From: Andalucia godoyi And28
Lineage: Eukaryota; Protista; Jakobida
Direction of reading: 5' to 3'
Length of the DNA: 64,000 nucleotides
Assembly (NCBI GenBank): GCA_009859145.1
Contig: VRVR01000051.1
Location: forward strand, 64,549 to 128,548
The notes below the pieces were generated by a model. It did not search any database, was not told the origin of the DNA, and worked only from the letters and a program-made list of their open reading frames with translations. The translations under genes were made by a program, and so were the position numbers. Below, piece after piece: positions 47,776 through 59,131 of the stretch (position 1 is its first letter; each line of letters opens with the position of its first letter).

Positions 47776-50031
47776 CTAAACGGCAGCTCCCGCAGACATG
47801 AACATGACCCTGGGGCGCGGTGCGAATTCCAAACAATGACCAGACTTATGGGGTCTACCTTCGGCTTGCATGCGCTTCTCAAATCGGAAATCAGAAACTA
47901 AATCCATGTACATGTGGCGATCAAATTTGGAATGAAGGATTGCATTGGAAGGATGTAATTGTGGAATGCGTGTTGTGGAGTCAACCTGAAACAATGACGC
48001 AAGGGGAGAAACGTCTTGAAGATCCATCTCAGTCGAAGAAGACGAAGTCGTCACCATGGAGGCGGGAGGATTCAGAATTGCCACAGGAGCATGGATGTTC
48101 GTTTCATGGCTCACAAGTTCGTCAGCTTGTATTTTCTTGGCAAAATCCAGGCTCAGTCGCGGAATCATGACGGGTGGAGGTTCTGCAGAAGAAGTAGCCC
48201 TCGGGGCAGCGGCAGAGCTAGAAACATTTTCTGCTGCGGGCCGCGTTTCAGAGTTTGACAGGCTGCGATTGCGAGACACCCTTGCATTTGTGGGCGTGTC
48301 AGAAAAACTGGAGGAACGAATCAGGGGAGCAATCTTCGACGGGACTTCAGCAAATCGCTTTGTATCATCCTTTGGTATGATGGAACGCTGAGTTCTTCGC
48401 TTTAAGAATTCGCGCTTTGTTGATACCAGCGGGCCACCACCCTGAGTAGATGCAGCAGCAGAACCGGACGGGCCGCTTCCTTCATCGGCAGGAGCGGAGA
48501 ACGCTTCGGCAGCCGGAACTGCAGTTGGGATTGCGGAACTGGAACGCGAAGGCTTTTGAGAAGGCGTGGAAGTGCCATTCTTACCTCCAACAGGCAAAGC
48601 TTCGACAGGCTCAGATGCTGTCGCTCGAGCGGAAGACTCTGAATCAGACCGCTTCTTCCGAGATGTCCACTCTACCCCAGGACGCTTCTCTACTTTTTTC
48701 TTGATTCGAATGTCCACAGGTCCCAGCACAATTCTAGATCGCGGATCGTCAATGTACAATACTAGCTCTGCTTTTTTCGAAAGAACTTGGTTTTGAATTC
48801 TTGAAAGTAATGGATCCGACAAAGGTTCTGCTGCCATTTGCAGTGCCATCTGCGTCAAGTCCGTAATTTCTCGGCGAAGACTCTCACCCTTGCCGCGGTA
48901 GATAAGTTTTCGGACACGCCAGCCACGGCACGCCGCACGGAGTATCGCCTTCGACCTTCCTATTGCACTTTGCATGTCGTCCATAACCACAGCAACGTCT
49001 TGCTGATCGACAACAGATCGGTCATCCAACTCCCCGCGTCTCTGCGAGCTGTCGGAAAGTTGAGACGGACCTGGACTTGCAGGAGAAGCAACTGCACTTA
49101 CACTGCTACTACTTTCAAATGGAAAAGGACCAGCAGAAACACGATGTGAAGATTGAAAGGCATTGGATACCAAGGATGGGCCAGCCGCCCTGAAAACCGG
49201 TTGGTCATCAGTATTTTTTCCGGGTGTTCGAAGATAGAACACAGGGACAGCGGTAGTGTCCCCGGCGTCAGATCCTTTCAACCGGGAATCCCGGAAACTG
49301 TTCCTGGAGACACTTGAGTGGTTGGTGATGACAGGATTTGCAGAGCGACCAGCCTGCTCGGTGACGTGACGAGGCTCCGAGCCTCGTTGCGCCTGCAAGC
49401 GAAAGTCTGCTGCATGCTGGGGGCGCTGCTGGTGCTGGAGAGGTGAAGGATGCTGAGAAGAATGAACTGGTTGTTGCTGCAGAACATCTCCTGGACTCGA
49501 ACCACGGCTCTCCAGGTTGCTGCTGCCAGTCCCATTCTTCTTCTTTGCAGCTACAAAATCATCGTACGACTGAAATGGAAGATCTGAATTCAGCGGTCTA
49601 AGGCACGAGAATTCTGGTTTCTCGGTTGGCATTGATCGCATCTGGGCATGACCCGGGTTTTTGGTGGGCTTTGCCGAGCGCTTCGGCGACAACTTCCTTG
49701 ACTGCTGCTGTTCAAATTTCAATTGCCGAAGCCGTTGTCGGAGTTCTTGTTCAGACGGGATAACGAAGAACTTTTTGATAATGCTCGTTTCTGTCAGTTT
49801 TGGATCTGAATCGCAATTGACAGGAGGCAGTACTGGTGATGACGATGCAGCCGACGATATTCTGGATTCTGTTATTTTGGCAGAAGCTTTATCCACTGGA
49901 AGGGTCGGCGCTGGGCGAGTGGGAGGCAAAACTGTGGGAGATAAAAGAGGAGGATCCGACGCCGCGGACAGCATCGCCTTGCGCGCAGCTCGTAGCGACT
50001 CGAGGCGTGCATACAGTTCTTGCTGAGACAT
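47776..50031 (-). CDS. Low-complexity hypothetical protein with an IQ-like motif
   Basis: ILRAACRGWRVRK (IQ-like); remainder Ser/Pro-rich. First ATG at 50031. Confidence 0.7.
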   Translation of the reverse strand: MSQQELYARLESLRAARKAMLSAASDPPLLSPTVLPPTRPAPTLPVDKASAKITESRISSAASSSPVLPPVNCDSDPKLTETSIIKKFFVIPSEQELRQRLRQLKFEQQQSRKLSPKRSAKPTKNPGHAQMRSMPTEKPEFSCLRPLNSDLPFQSYDDFVAAKKKNGTGSSNLESRGSSPGDVLQQQPVHSSQHPSPLQHQQRPQHAADFRLQAQRGSEPRHVTEQAGRSANPVITNHSSVSRNSFRDSRLKGSDAGDTTAVPVFYLRTPGKNTDDQPVFRAAGPSLVSNAFQSSHRVSAGPFPFESSSSVSAVASPASPGPSQLSDSSQRRGELDDRSVVDQQDVAVVMDDMQSAIGRSKAILRAACRGWRVRKLIYRGKGESLRREITDLTQMALQMAAEPLSDPLLSRIQNQVLSKKAELVLYIDDPRSRIVLGPVDIRIKKKVEKRPGVEWTSRKKRSDSESSARATASEPVEALPVGGKNGTSTPSQKPSRSSSAIPTAVPAAEAFSAPADEGSGPSGSAAASTQGGGPLVSTKREFLKRRTQRSIIPKDDTKRFAEVPSKIAPLIRSSSFSDTPTNARVSRNRSLSNSETRPAAENVSSSAAAPRATSSAEPPPVMIPRLSLDFAKKIQADELVSHETNIHAPVAILNPPASMVTTSSSSTEMDLQDVSPLASLFQVDSTTRIPQLHPSNAILHSKFDRHMYMDLVSDFRFEKRMQAEGRPHKSGHCLEFAPRPRVMFMSAGAAV

Positions 50032-50703
50032 GGTTTTGCGGTTCCTGTCAGATTTGTGTTCGTTACTTGTCCGAGTCAAAAAGCCAACACGGCAACGATA
50101 GATTTTTTCCGGACTCCCTTTTCTCCACTCCCCGATTGCTTACAGCAGGCAGAAGAAGAAGGAGAGAAAGACTCATGTTTTATTGCTTTTGGACGTGTAT
50201 CCATATTTAGAGAACGCAGCAGCGCATCCTGGAACACGGCGTTCACGAACTGCGTTCCTATAATGGAGTAATGCAACAGCTGCATGCCAACCATCGACAA
50301 TATTTGCAACTGACTGTCTTCGTTTGCGACACGTCGTTACAGCTGTGTGACAACAAGCAACATTCACATAGTGTGTTTAGGGGGGACACTCGGTTCAACG
50401 ATGCAACACAGAGTAAAGGATCGCAGTTTCTTACAACCCGCCGTTATGGCTTCTTACAGAAGTCAACAAACTTCAGAAGAAAGGAATTCGTGAGTGTGAT
50501 TTGCAGCAATCAAACGAAGTTCTTGGATATCGAAAGATTTTCCATCCGATCGTTTTCGAAGAACCTGAGATACGACGACATTCACAATGAAAAAAAAAAG
50601 CCAAAGATTCTTCACCATCATGAAAGCGAGACGAAAAAACGGTGAAAAATACTTTCGCACAGGGCAAGTAAAATGCAAAGACATCACTGCATCGGACCAA
50701 GGA

Positions 50704-51516
50704 TCACTTCAGAGATTTGACAATACGCAACCAAGCGTCGCTCTGGATTGGCGACGCAGCCGACGACGCCATCATCCGATCATCTCCGGTTCTCCTTCTT
50801 GGCAGCTGCCAACTAGATGCTGCAACCGCCTGGTCCGAGGATATTACCTCGTTTTTCTGTTTCAAGAGGTGCAAATCTGGGTGCTGTTGCATGTCGACAC
50901 GGACGTCATTGTCCTCGTCGCTATACACAATGCTCTCCTCTGCGACATCATCTGGTAAAATAGCAATGTCCATTTCACACTGGATTCCCTCTTCCATTTT
51001 AGGAACTGGAGGCCTTACGGACGGTCTACCAGGGGAGCCGAATCGTGGTGCTGAATATTGGGCAGGGAATCTTGATGATCCCGAGGTTGAGGAAGAAACG
51101 AGGCCGTGGTAAGCACTCTTCTGATGTTCGATCTCCTCTCGTTCTCTGTCAATTTCAATCTTGCGCTCCTTCAGTACGCGAGCGTTCTCTAATTGTGCAA
51201 CTCGGTCGTCAGATTCCTGAAGACGAGCGACTCGATCGGCGGACTGTTCCTTTTCGTCAGAAAACTGTCGAAGAATCTCAAAGAAGACAAAGAGGCGGTC
51301 TGGCGGCAGTCTGTGGCGGCACCATTCACAAAGAGCGTCAAGTTCAGAATCATTTCCATAGAACAAACGCAGGTCGCGAATGTCCTGAAGCACAGTCTCT
51401 GAAGCTGCAACTGTTTGCTTGAAAGGAGGGACCAGCAGAGACTTGGCAACAGGATCCTGCACAGAATGAATTGCCGATGCTAGCGCAGCCAATGATGCGC
51501 GCAAATCCGTGGACAT
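50704..51516 (-). CDS. Hypothetical protein with a central coiled coil
   Basis: 270-aa ATG-started ORF filling an otherwise empty interval. Confidence 0.65.
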   Translation of the reverse strand: MSTDLRASLAALASAIHSVQDPVAKSLLVPPFKQTVAASETVLQDIRDLRLFYGNDSELDALCEWCRHRLPPDRLFVFFEILRQFSDEKEQSADRVARLQESDDRVAQLENARVLKERKIEIDREREEIEHQKSAYHGLVSSSTSGSSRFPAQYSAPRFGSPGRPSVRPPVPKMEEGIQCEMDIAILPDDVAEESIVYSDEDNDVRVDMQQHPDLHLLKQKNEVISSDQAVAASSWQLPRRRTGDDRMMASSAASPIQSDAWLRIVKSLK

Positions 51517-51747
51517 CGTTTCTCGAACGTGTTACGAGATTTGATTTGGAAACTATTGTTTGTTGGTCTGCTTGTTGGGTATTGTCGGTGTCGGTGTCGG
51601 TGCTGGAGTTGAGTTGTCACACAGCATGTCAACGGACGAAGGAGAAACGTGTCTCGACTGGCATCAATTGATGCCCACCAGGGTTGGTGCAAGTTTCCCC
51701 AGTTCTGACGCCCAGGAATTGCTTTTACTGGGCAGAAAGGAAAAGTC

Positions 51748-54090
51748 ATGAGGTTGCAGATCTCTTTTGGGGCTGTTCGGATTTGCCTGTCCTTATCGTC
51801 CAGAGCACTGCGAAAAACCTGTGAAATGACAGATATCGTTTCCGTGTTGGGAGTTCGTGGTCGATTGGCGGTTGATCTTCCATCAACAAAGCTGGTGATC
51901 GATTCTTCCTGTATCGGTTGGATTATTCTTGATTCAACGACTGTTCGATCAGCGAATGTGATCGATCTTTCCTTTCTCACTGAATTCAACCAGGTTTTGT
52001 CCACCATTGAAAGCCTTTCTACTACAACCCCTCGTCAAGTCAAGGCTGTTGTTGTCTGGTCTGCAAAGTCGCGTTCATTCATTGTGGGGGCGGACATCCG
52101 CTCGATCTATCCAGTCACTGATATTTCCACCGCGACTGATGCCGCCCGAGCAGGGCAGACTCTGTGCTCCAGACTTGCCTCTTTGAAGATTCCTACAATT
52201 GCTGCTATCAACGGAGCATGTCTTGGAGGGGGGCTTGAAGTGGCGCTCGCGTGTTCTATCCGTGTCGCAGCAGACGACGACTACCGAATCGGTCTCCCTG
52301 AAACACAGCTGGGACTCATTCCCGGAGCCGGAGGCACGGTGAGGCTTCCGAAGCTGATTGGCATTCAAGCAGCACTGCCGCTGATTCTTGGAGGCAAACA
52401 GGTGACTCCGTCAGCGGCCAAGAGACTTGGAATTGTAGACAGGGTTTTGCAGGCAAAAGACAGATTTGAAGGTGAGCAATGCTTCTTCAACGAAGTTAGA
52501 AAGGTTGCTGCAAGAGCCGTTGATCGTCCTCTCTCTTCCAAGGGTGGAAAATCCTGGATGAAGTGGCTGACGGAAGAAAACCAGGTTGCTCAATCGGTTT
52601 TGCGCTGGGCTACCACAAAACAGCTGGATAAAACGACAAAGGGAAGGTATCCCGCACCGTACGCTGCCATGGAATCCGTGCTCCGGGGATCTTTTACTTT
52701 TGAAGCTCAGCAGTTTGGAAGACTGGCGGTTTCTCCGGAAGCAAAGAACCTTATGTCCCTCTTTCTGATGACAGATGGCATCAAACGGGATTCTGCCACT
52801 GCTGCCGCCCAGTTTGATGTGAAAGGAATGAAAATCGGCGTTGTTGGAGCAGGTGTGATGGGTTCCGCAATTGCTCAATTATGTGCTACATGTGGATTCC
52901 GCGTATACATGCGTGACATTTCTCAGGAACTGGTCGCCAAGGGATTGAAGAATGTTGCATCGTTATTTGCCGAGATTGTCAAAAAGAAACGGATGACTGC
53001 GGCGGCGGCGGCGGAAAAGCGTGCGCTGATCAGCAGTGGAACCGCTGTTGATGGATTTGCAGACTGCGATATCGTCATTGAAGCTGCCGTGGAACGCATG
53101 GATCTGAAGAAGAAGATTCTCGCTGAAGTGGAGCGTGTCACCAAGGAATCTTCCATCTTTGCAACGAATACCTCGTCGCTTTCAATCGCAGAACTTGCAG
53201 AAGCTTCCACTCGACCCTCTCGCGTTGTAGGCATGCACTTTTTCAACCCTGTGTCGAAGATGCCGCTGGTGGAAGTTATTCGCGGCCCACGGACAGATGC
53301 TGTCGTCGCCCAAATCGTAACTGCTCTGACCCTTTCTCTGAAAAAGACCCCTGTGCAGTGTCACGACGGTCCGGGATTTATTGTGAATCGAGTTCTGGGA
53401 ATTTACATGGGAGAAGCGACCCATTTGCTTGCTCAAGGGGGCTCTGTGGCGGCAATCGATTCCGCAATTCGAGACGGATTTGGAATGCCCATGGGACCAT
53501 TCCGGCTCATGGATGAGGTCGGTTTGGATGTCGCATTTCATGTGGCACCGATTCTCCACAAGGGCCTTGGGGAACGATTCCAGATGAATCCTGCGTTCAA
53601 ACGCATGCTGGATGCTGGTTTGCTCGGGAAAAAGAATGGACGAGGTTTTTATTTGTATGACCCCAAGACCGAACGCTCAACTGGTGTTAATCCTCAACTT
53701 AAGAGCATACTTGGAAATGTCATTCCGTCTGTCCCTGCAGAAATTGCCACCCAGGAAATCATCGATCGTTGTGTTCTGTTGATGGTCAATGAGGCATCTC
53801 ACATTCTTGGAGATGGAGTGGCGGACAGGCCGGAAGATATCGACATCGGAATGATCTTTGGAACCGGGTTCGCACCATTCCGGGGCGGTCTTCTTGCCTA
53901 TGCTGAACAAAGGGGTATCGGAAACGTTGTGGATGCTCTCAGACGTCTGGAGAAAAAGTATGGCGCACGGTTTGCTCCAGCCCCTTATCTGGTCAACATG
54001 GTTGCAGAAAAACGCACTCGCTTTTTCCCGGATAGACCCCTTGTGCCGTACGTTGAACGAACTCCTCGGTTTTTTCGTGCCAAACTGTGA
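51748..54090 (+). CDS. Multifunctional beta-oxidation enzyme (enoyl-CoA hydratase / 3-hydroxyacyl-CoA dehydrogenase, FadB/FadJ/HADHA type) with C-terminal PTS1
   Basis: AAINGACLGGGLEVALAC, GLPETQLGLIPGAGGT, GVVGAGVMG, IEAAVE, ATNTSSLSI, GMHFFNPV and PGFIVNRVL motifs; ends AKL*. Alternative ATG at 51826. Confidence 0.92.
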   Translation: MRLQISFGAVRICLSLSSRALRKTCEMTDIVSVLGVRGRLAVDLPSTKLVIDSSCIGWIILDSTTVRSANVIDLSFLTEFNQVLSTIESLSTTTPRQVKAVVVWSAKSRSFIVGADIRSIYPVTDISTATDAARAGQTLCSRLASLKIPTIAAINGACLGGGLEVALACSIRVAADDDYRIGLPETQLGLIPGAGGTVRLPKLIGIQAALPLILGGKQVTPSAAKRLGIVDRVLQAKDRFEGEQCFFNEVRKVAARAVDRPLSSKGGKSWMKWLTEENQVAQSVLRWATTKQLDKTTKGRYPAPYAAMESVLRGSFTFEAQQFGRLAVSPEAKNLMSLFLMTDGIKRDSATAAAQFDVKGMKIGVVGAGVMGSAIAQLCATCGFRVYMRDISQELVAKGLKNVASLFAEIVKKKRMTAAAAAEKRALISSGTAVDGFADCDIVIEAAVERMDLKKKILAEVERVTKESSIFATNTSSLSIAELAEASTRPSRVVGMHFFNPVSKMPLVEVIRGPRTDAVVAQIVTALTLSLKKTPVQCHDGPGFIVNRVLGIYMGEATHLLAQGGSVAAIDSAIRDGFGMPMGPFRLMDEVGLDVAFHVAPILHKGLGERFQMNPAFKRMLDAGLLGKKNGRGFYLYDPKTERSTGVNPQLKSILGNVIPSVPAEIATQEIIDRCVLLMVNEASHILGDGVADRPEDIDIGMIFGTGFAPFRGGLLAYAEQRGIGNVVDALRRLEKKYGARFAPAPYLVNMVAEKRTRFFPDRPLVPYVERTPRFFRAKL

Positions 54091-57000
54091 ACACGATGAG
54101 ATTGAAGCCGATGAGAATGCTACTATCTGGTCAGAATATCTTCCTCCCGCGTGGGTTCTAGTCATCGTTTTTGCTCTCTTCGCAAGCATGGCTGCTCGCA
54201 TTATGTTCTTGAACCATTGACTCCCTTTACTTTCAGTGTGACTTTATTCGTATGTGTGTTGACATTCGTGAATGTGTGTCTGTGTGTGCGTGTGTGTATG
54301 TGGTTTCGTGTACGGTGTTTTTGTGTCTGCACATGGCCGAGTAAAAACAGTAGTCCAATTTGCAAATATTTTCAACCGCACAGTGTTACCTCTCTGAGGA
54401 AATCCAAAAACCGACCACTGTGCCTGACCCGGAAGCCGGATAACATCATTTTGCAGTCCGGAAGAAGAGGAAAAAGATACTCGTGAAAAAGCCGTCCCTA
54501 CTGTAACATATTGTAATGCCAACTGCGCCAAAAGGTTTGTTAGCTGCCCCTGGAAAGCGGAACATGCATTTCCAACATAACACACAGGGGTTCGCCCAAC
54601 CAGTTCCAGCGGCGGTGTGATCGATGGAGAGGTTTATAGGCGGACTAAAAAACAAACGTGCGTGTCAAAGGCACTTCAAAAAACTGTGCAGATAATGATC
54701 AGGAGAGCAGTGTGGAAATTCCCCGTAACCACCAGCCCGAAAACCTACTTTTTGGGCTTACAATGGCGAAAGTTACGAAATACCTCCATTGTTGTTCTCG
54801 AAAACCGGCAGAGTGCATTTCCAATATGCAAAGGCTAGCAGTGAGAAATATGAGTTTTGAAAACATGACAAATGAAGAGAAAGTTGGGAAAAGGCACAAA
54901 CACTAGCATATGCAACAGGTACACGCTGGAATCAAAAGAAAGTTCCCACAAGACAACAGTCAGCCGAATGTTATCGGATACAAAGCCCTATTACCACTAA
55001 CATTTCACGTAAGCGTTTGTCGGAGAAGGAGCGGAAGTATCTTTAGAGGAACATTTGGAGAAGTTTCACATGCGTCTGACTTCATTGGACGCATCTACTA
55101 CATGGTAGCGACGCTTTCCGTGCGTAGTAATGAACCCATGGGATAACCAAGAGGCGACCGTTGCCTCCTTGCTTCAAACTGTTGATAAACAGTGTCTCAA
55201 CGGATTGTAATCAACTCCGGCTGGGTACGATATCACAGTGATTCGTTGCCAGGTATGGCGTGGCGTACGTACATTATGACGCATATCATGACGAACGGAA
55301 TGGCATCTTTTAAGAGGTATGAGTTACAGAGGAAGAATACTCCGTCTTCATATATATAAGAAGATTTTTGTTAATCTGCCTATTTGTTTGTTTTGTATTC
55401 TCCATAAGAAATCTTATCGACACAAACTATCTTTCGTTATCCGTGTCAATATCATACACTAGATACATTACAATACAAACAGCCATGTTTTGCGCAAAAA
55501 AACAGGAAAAACACTGATCTAGTATTCTGATGTTGCCCCTCATTCCATGAACATGTGGCATTCTTGCAGCAGAAAAAAAGTGACAAAAAATAGAACCAAA
55601 TCAAGTGCAGTGCACACATCATCACCTGGTCTTCGTCACAGTTTCCTGTAGTTCGGGAGACGTCCTCGGAAAGATGTGCTTAGTCAGCCAGCATGATGAT
55701 CCACACGAAAGTCGCAAGGCGATAAATTACCACGGGACTTCAAGGATGTTACTGTGTACCCCGGAGCATCCGTTTTCAGCGCGTTCGGGTTCTGGAATGC
55801 GCCAAAACAATTCTTGATGGAATTCTACAGTCCTTTGGACGGAGTGTTATTTGTCTACCGAAATTCTGGACGACAAAATCTGATGACGTCATGCTGGAAG
55901 TTGCTCTGACTGATGTCTCTACGACTTGGTAAGACATCGTGCAAAACATCATTCCTCCTCAGCGTCTGGAATACTTGCTCTGAGTCTCTTCTTCCGTGTC
56001 TTTCAGACTGCACCCATCGTGATGTTTGCTGTTGCATATCGTCTGTCTGTGACGTTTTTGATTATCGCATGTTGTCGGGGAGACGTTTGCCAGATTGCAC
56101 CAGCTGGTTCAACAGCTTGATTCCACCTTTCAAAGTGGGAATTCTGAGCTGAATATTCTTACACATCGCTTTGCGTTACTGCGGTCTAACGGTTGGGAAT
56201 CAATTTGTGGAATCCTCAACGAACGTTTCGAAAATGCATCACTGCCGAGGATTCTTGAATTCTTGTCTTCACACTCCGTTGTCATGAGACGTTTTTTTGA
56301 CACAATGGTCGTTTCTTTGGATTTCGATACATTCTGCCCCGGTTTCTAGTCACCTCGGCCTTTTGGTACGGTTATTGGCTTTCAGTGGATTTTCATTTCT
56401 GCCAGTTCTTGTAAATGGCGCACTAAGACACAACCCGGAGTTCCTTATTGCGGGATTCAGGAGAAGTTTTGCCTTCCTTCTGTAATTATCTGTGTTGCAT
56501 TGCGCTTTTTCAATCTGTGTCGTCATGCGAAAACCCGGCATTCTATCACTGGCTATAGTTCCTTCTGGCTGTTTTATTCCCCGTTATGTTTTGCGGTCGA
56601 TGATTAACGTGGTTTGGGGAATTTTCCGTGGCCGCGGAGGTGGGCCGCATTTAGCTTTTGACTGCTTTTTGTGAAGCAGATTTTTTCTGAAGGTTACATG
56701 AGAGTTTGAGATCCTGCTGGAACTGCGCTTTTCCCACAGATCAGCGGTTTCACAGCCGCCCTTAATTGCGAATGGTGAGACTTTCATGCGTTAACATATC
56801 TCTTGGTAACATTTTTACAAATCGCTGTTTTGAATTGGCTTGCAAGCGATGACGAGAACCGGGTCACCAAATCCCTGTGAGCGATTTTCTCTCAAAACTC
56901 AGGTCTGCTACCGCTTCGGAGATGTCACCGGAGAATTTCTTTTGAGGTTTACTTGAGCCTCATTGGAACTCGAAGTCTCCGACCCCGGACTTTTTCTTTC

Positions 57001-57131
57001 TTCGTGATAGGTTGTTCCCCACCCTCCATTTTTTCTGATAAACACACGCAACACACAGCACAAGCTTTCCGAGATTGAGTGTTTCCAAACAACGAAAGTG
57101 TTTTTATATTAGGTTTTCTTTCTTCTGGCAA

Positions 57132-57872
57132 ATGAAGATAGATGCAGTGATCTTTGATCTAGCGGGTACAGTTGTTGACTGGGGTTCGACAGCACCTCTC
57201 GCTTCCTTGTCGGAGGCCTTTTCAAAGTCGTTGTCCTTGAACGTTCCCGACGATATTCTGCGGAAACCTATGGGAAAAGCAAAGCGCGTCCACATCTCCG
57301 ACGTTCTCTCAGACTCAGATGTTCAAGCGCAGTTTGAGCGACTTCACGGCCATGCTTCCAGTGATGCAGACGTCGATGCCGCTTACCAAGCATTCCTTGC
57401 AATCCAGCTGCAGACTCTTCAGCTGCACTGTGAGTTGATTCCTGGAGCGTCACATTGCATCAATACTTTGAAATCGCGAGGAGTGAAAGTTGGTTGCACG
57501 ACAGGGTATTCCAGAGATGAGACGGACATTGTGCTGCAGCACGTGCAAGAAAGTGGTGTCGAATTTGATGTTTCCGTGTCCTCTTCCGAGATCGATCCAC
57601 AACGCGGCCGCCCCTTTCCGGATATGGTTCTGCTGTGCGCACAAGGGCTCCAACTTAGCGAGATGTCGCACATTGTTGTAGTGGACGATACCGTTGTAGG
57701 TTTAAAGGCGGGAAAAGCTGCTGGCTGCACTACCGTTGGAGTCGTTGATTCTTCCATCGACCCGCACAAGATGAAAACGGAAGGAGCTTCGTTTGCTGAC
57801 CATTTGATCAGAGATGTGTCTCAGCTCATCGAGCTGCTTGATTTAATGTCCAGTCAAACGGGCGAAACTTAA
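57132..57872 (+). CDS. phnX: Phosphonoacetaldehyde hydrolase (phosphonatase, HAD family)
   Basis: AVIFDLAGTVVDWGSTAP, PMGKAKRVHI (Schiff-base Lys position), GCTTGYS, GRPFPDM and VVDDTVVGLKAGKAAG motifs. First ATG at 57132. Confidence 0.8.
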   Translation: MKIDAVIFDLAGTVVDWGSTAPLASLSEAFSKSLSLNVPDDILRKPMGKAKRVHISDVLSDSDVQAQFERLHGHASSDADVDAAYQAFLAIQLQTLQLHCELIPGASHCINTLKSRGVKVGCTTGYSRDETDIVLQHVQESGVEFDVSVSSSEIDPQRGRPFPDMVLLCAQGLQLSEMSHIVVVDDTVVGLKAGKAAGCTTVGVVDSSIDPHKMKTEGASFADHLIRDVSQLIELLDLMSSQTGET

Positions 57873-58800
57873 TTTTGAAAAGTCCCAGAGGTTGTCCTCG
57901 AAATGGATCCGGAGTGCACTGCTTGGTAATGGTTCCATCCGTCTCAATGATCGGAGAAGCGTGATGCCGTCGAATGAACGACAGGATGCCTTCCGGAGCA
58001 AAATCACTGCTGTACCATTTGAAGATTGAAGAGATGAGTACAGTTCGAGACTTCCAGTTGATTTCTAGGTCTTTTTGGACAAACTCTCTCGTGCAACGAT
58101 CCAGCACGCAGTCAATGTTCTTGTCGTCAACGGGGAAGGATACCCATTTTGGACTGGATTTTGCGCACCAATGAAGAGTAAAAAGAACTCGCGGATCATA
58201 ATTGATGTGTCTTCGAATCAGACTGTTCACAAGAGTACTGAGGGGCATCCGCAAATGCGAGGCATCCACAAAAAACAAGATTGATCGAAATGCTACTGAC
58301 TGATGGCCACTCCAGTGACGAGTGAACGGGTGAGCAGGTGTTGTAGAATCCAGCAGATCATCCTCGACCGTCTGCAGGGCACAAGATGGCGGGCTTTTGG
58401 GAGAGCTTCCTGGAGAGGAAATGATGTTTGAGTATCCCCCACGGGATGTTTTCGTTTGGCTTACGGGATCCTCGTTTCGGAGACTGCGAAAGAGCCCTAA
58501 CAGGCCACAAGCACCACTTCTTATTGAATGCTCCGCACGGCATTCGTCAATCCACTTCTTTGTTAGTATGGATGACAACGTCCTGTGCAAGAGAATGATG
58601 TTGAAACAATTGATGTAGTACGCCAAGGAGCGCGTGACATGGTCTTTTCCAAGATCCATCCTCAGATTGGTTTTGAGTAAGATGTCCAAATTTGCACGAA
58701 GCGTTGTCTTCACGTCCTCACTCAGCAAGAATGCATCATAGTCAAACGCGCCGTCGGATGTGACAAAATCTGGCAGCGGATAGAGCGTCGATGTCTTCAT
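57826..58800 (-). CDS. DUF547-domain protein
   Basis: LAYYINCFNIILLH, DPRVLFTLHWCAKSSP, ISSIFKWYSSDF and C-terminal FRPFDWTLN motifs. Confidence 0.8.
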   Translation of the reverse strand: MKTSTLYPLPDFVTSDGAFDYDAFLLSEDVKTTLRANLDILLKTNLRMDLGKDHVTRSLAYYINCFNIILLHRTLSSILTKKWIDECRAEHSIRSGACGLLGLFRSLRNEDPVSQTKTSRGGYSNIISSPGSSPKSPPSCALQTVEDDLLDSTTPAHPFTRHWSGHQSVAFRSILFFVDASHLRMPLSTLVNSLIRRHINYDPRVLFTLHWCAKSSPKWVSFPVDDKNIDCVLDRCTREFVQKDLEINWKSRTVLISSIFKWYSSDFAPEGILSFIRRHHASPIIETDGTITKQCTPDPFRGQPLGLFKIKFRPFDWTLNQAAR

Positions 58801-59131
58801 TTCAACTTCGTCATATATCTGATTTGATGAGGAGGAGGGGGTGGTGGGGGAACACAAACCAACAGCAGCAAAAAAACAGACTAAACGGGAGCACTGAACT
58901 CATCTTCAAAGAAAGGTTTATTGCAACTGGGAGTTTGAATTTCAGAAATAGTCGGAAAGTGCAACAAAAAGCATGTTGATGTTCATCAACTGCAACCAGA
59001 ATTATTGATATTGGCGCGGGAACTTCAACTAATGTTCAAGTACGGGTCTCCGCAGGCATGCTTTGGTTTCCCTCGGCGACTGGGTTGTGCGAGTCAAGGA
59101 AAAGGGAACGCTTTTCACGAACGTTCGTAGA

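Noticed and set aside
53858-54220. +1-frame ORF overlapping the end of the beta-oxidation gene and ending in a TM-like helix
   Set aside because: No independent start outside the host CDS and no credible splice or frameshift route; likely chance.
55030-55070. IFRGTFGEVS resembling a kinase Gly-rich loop
   Set aside because: No downstream VAIK, HRD or DFG motifs; the frame closes soon after.
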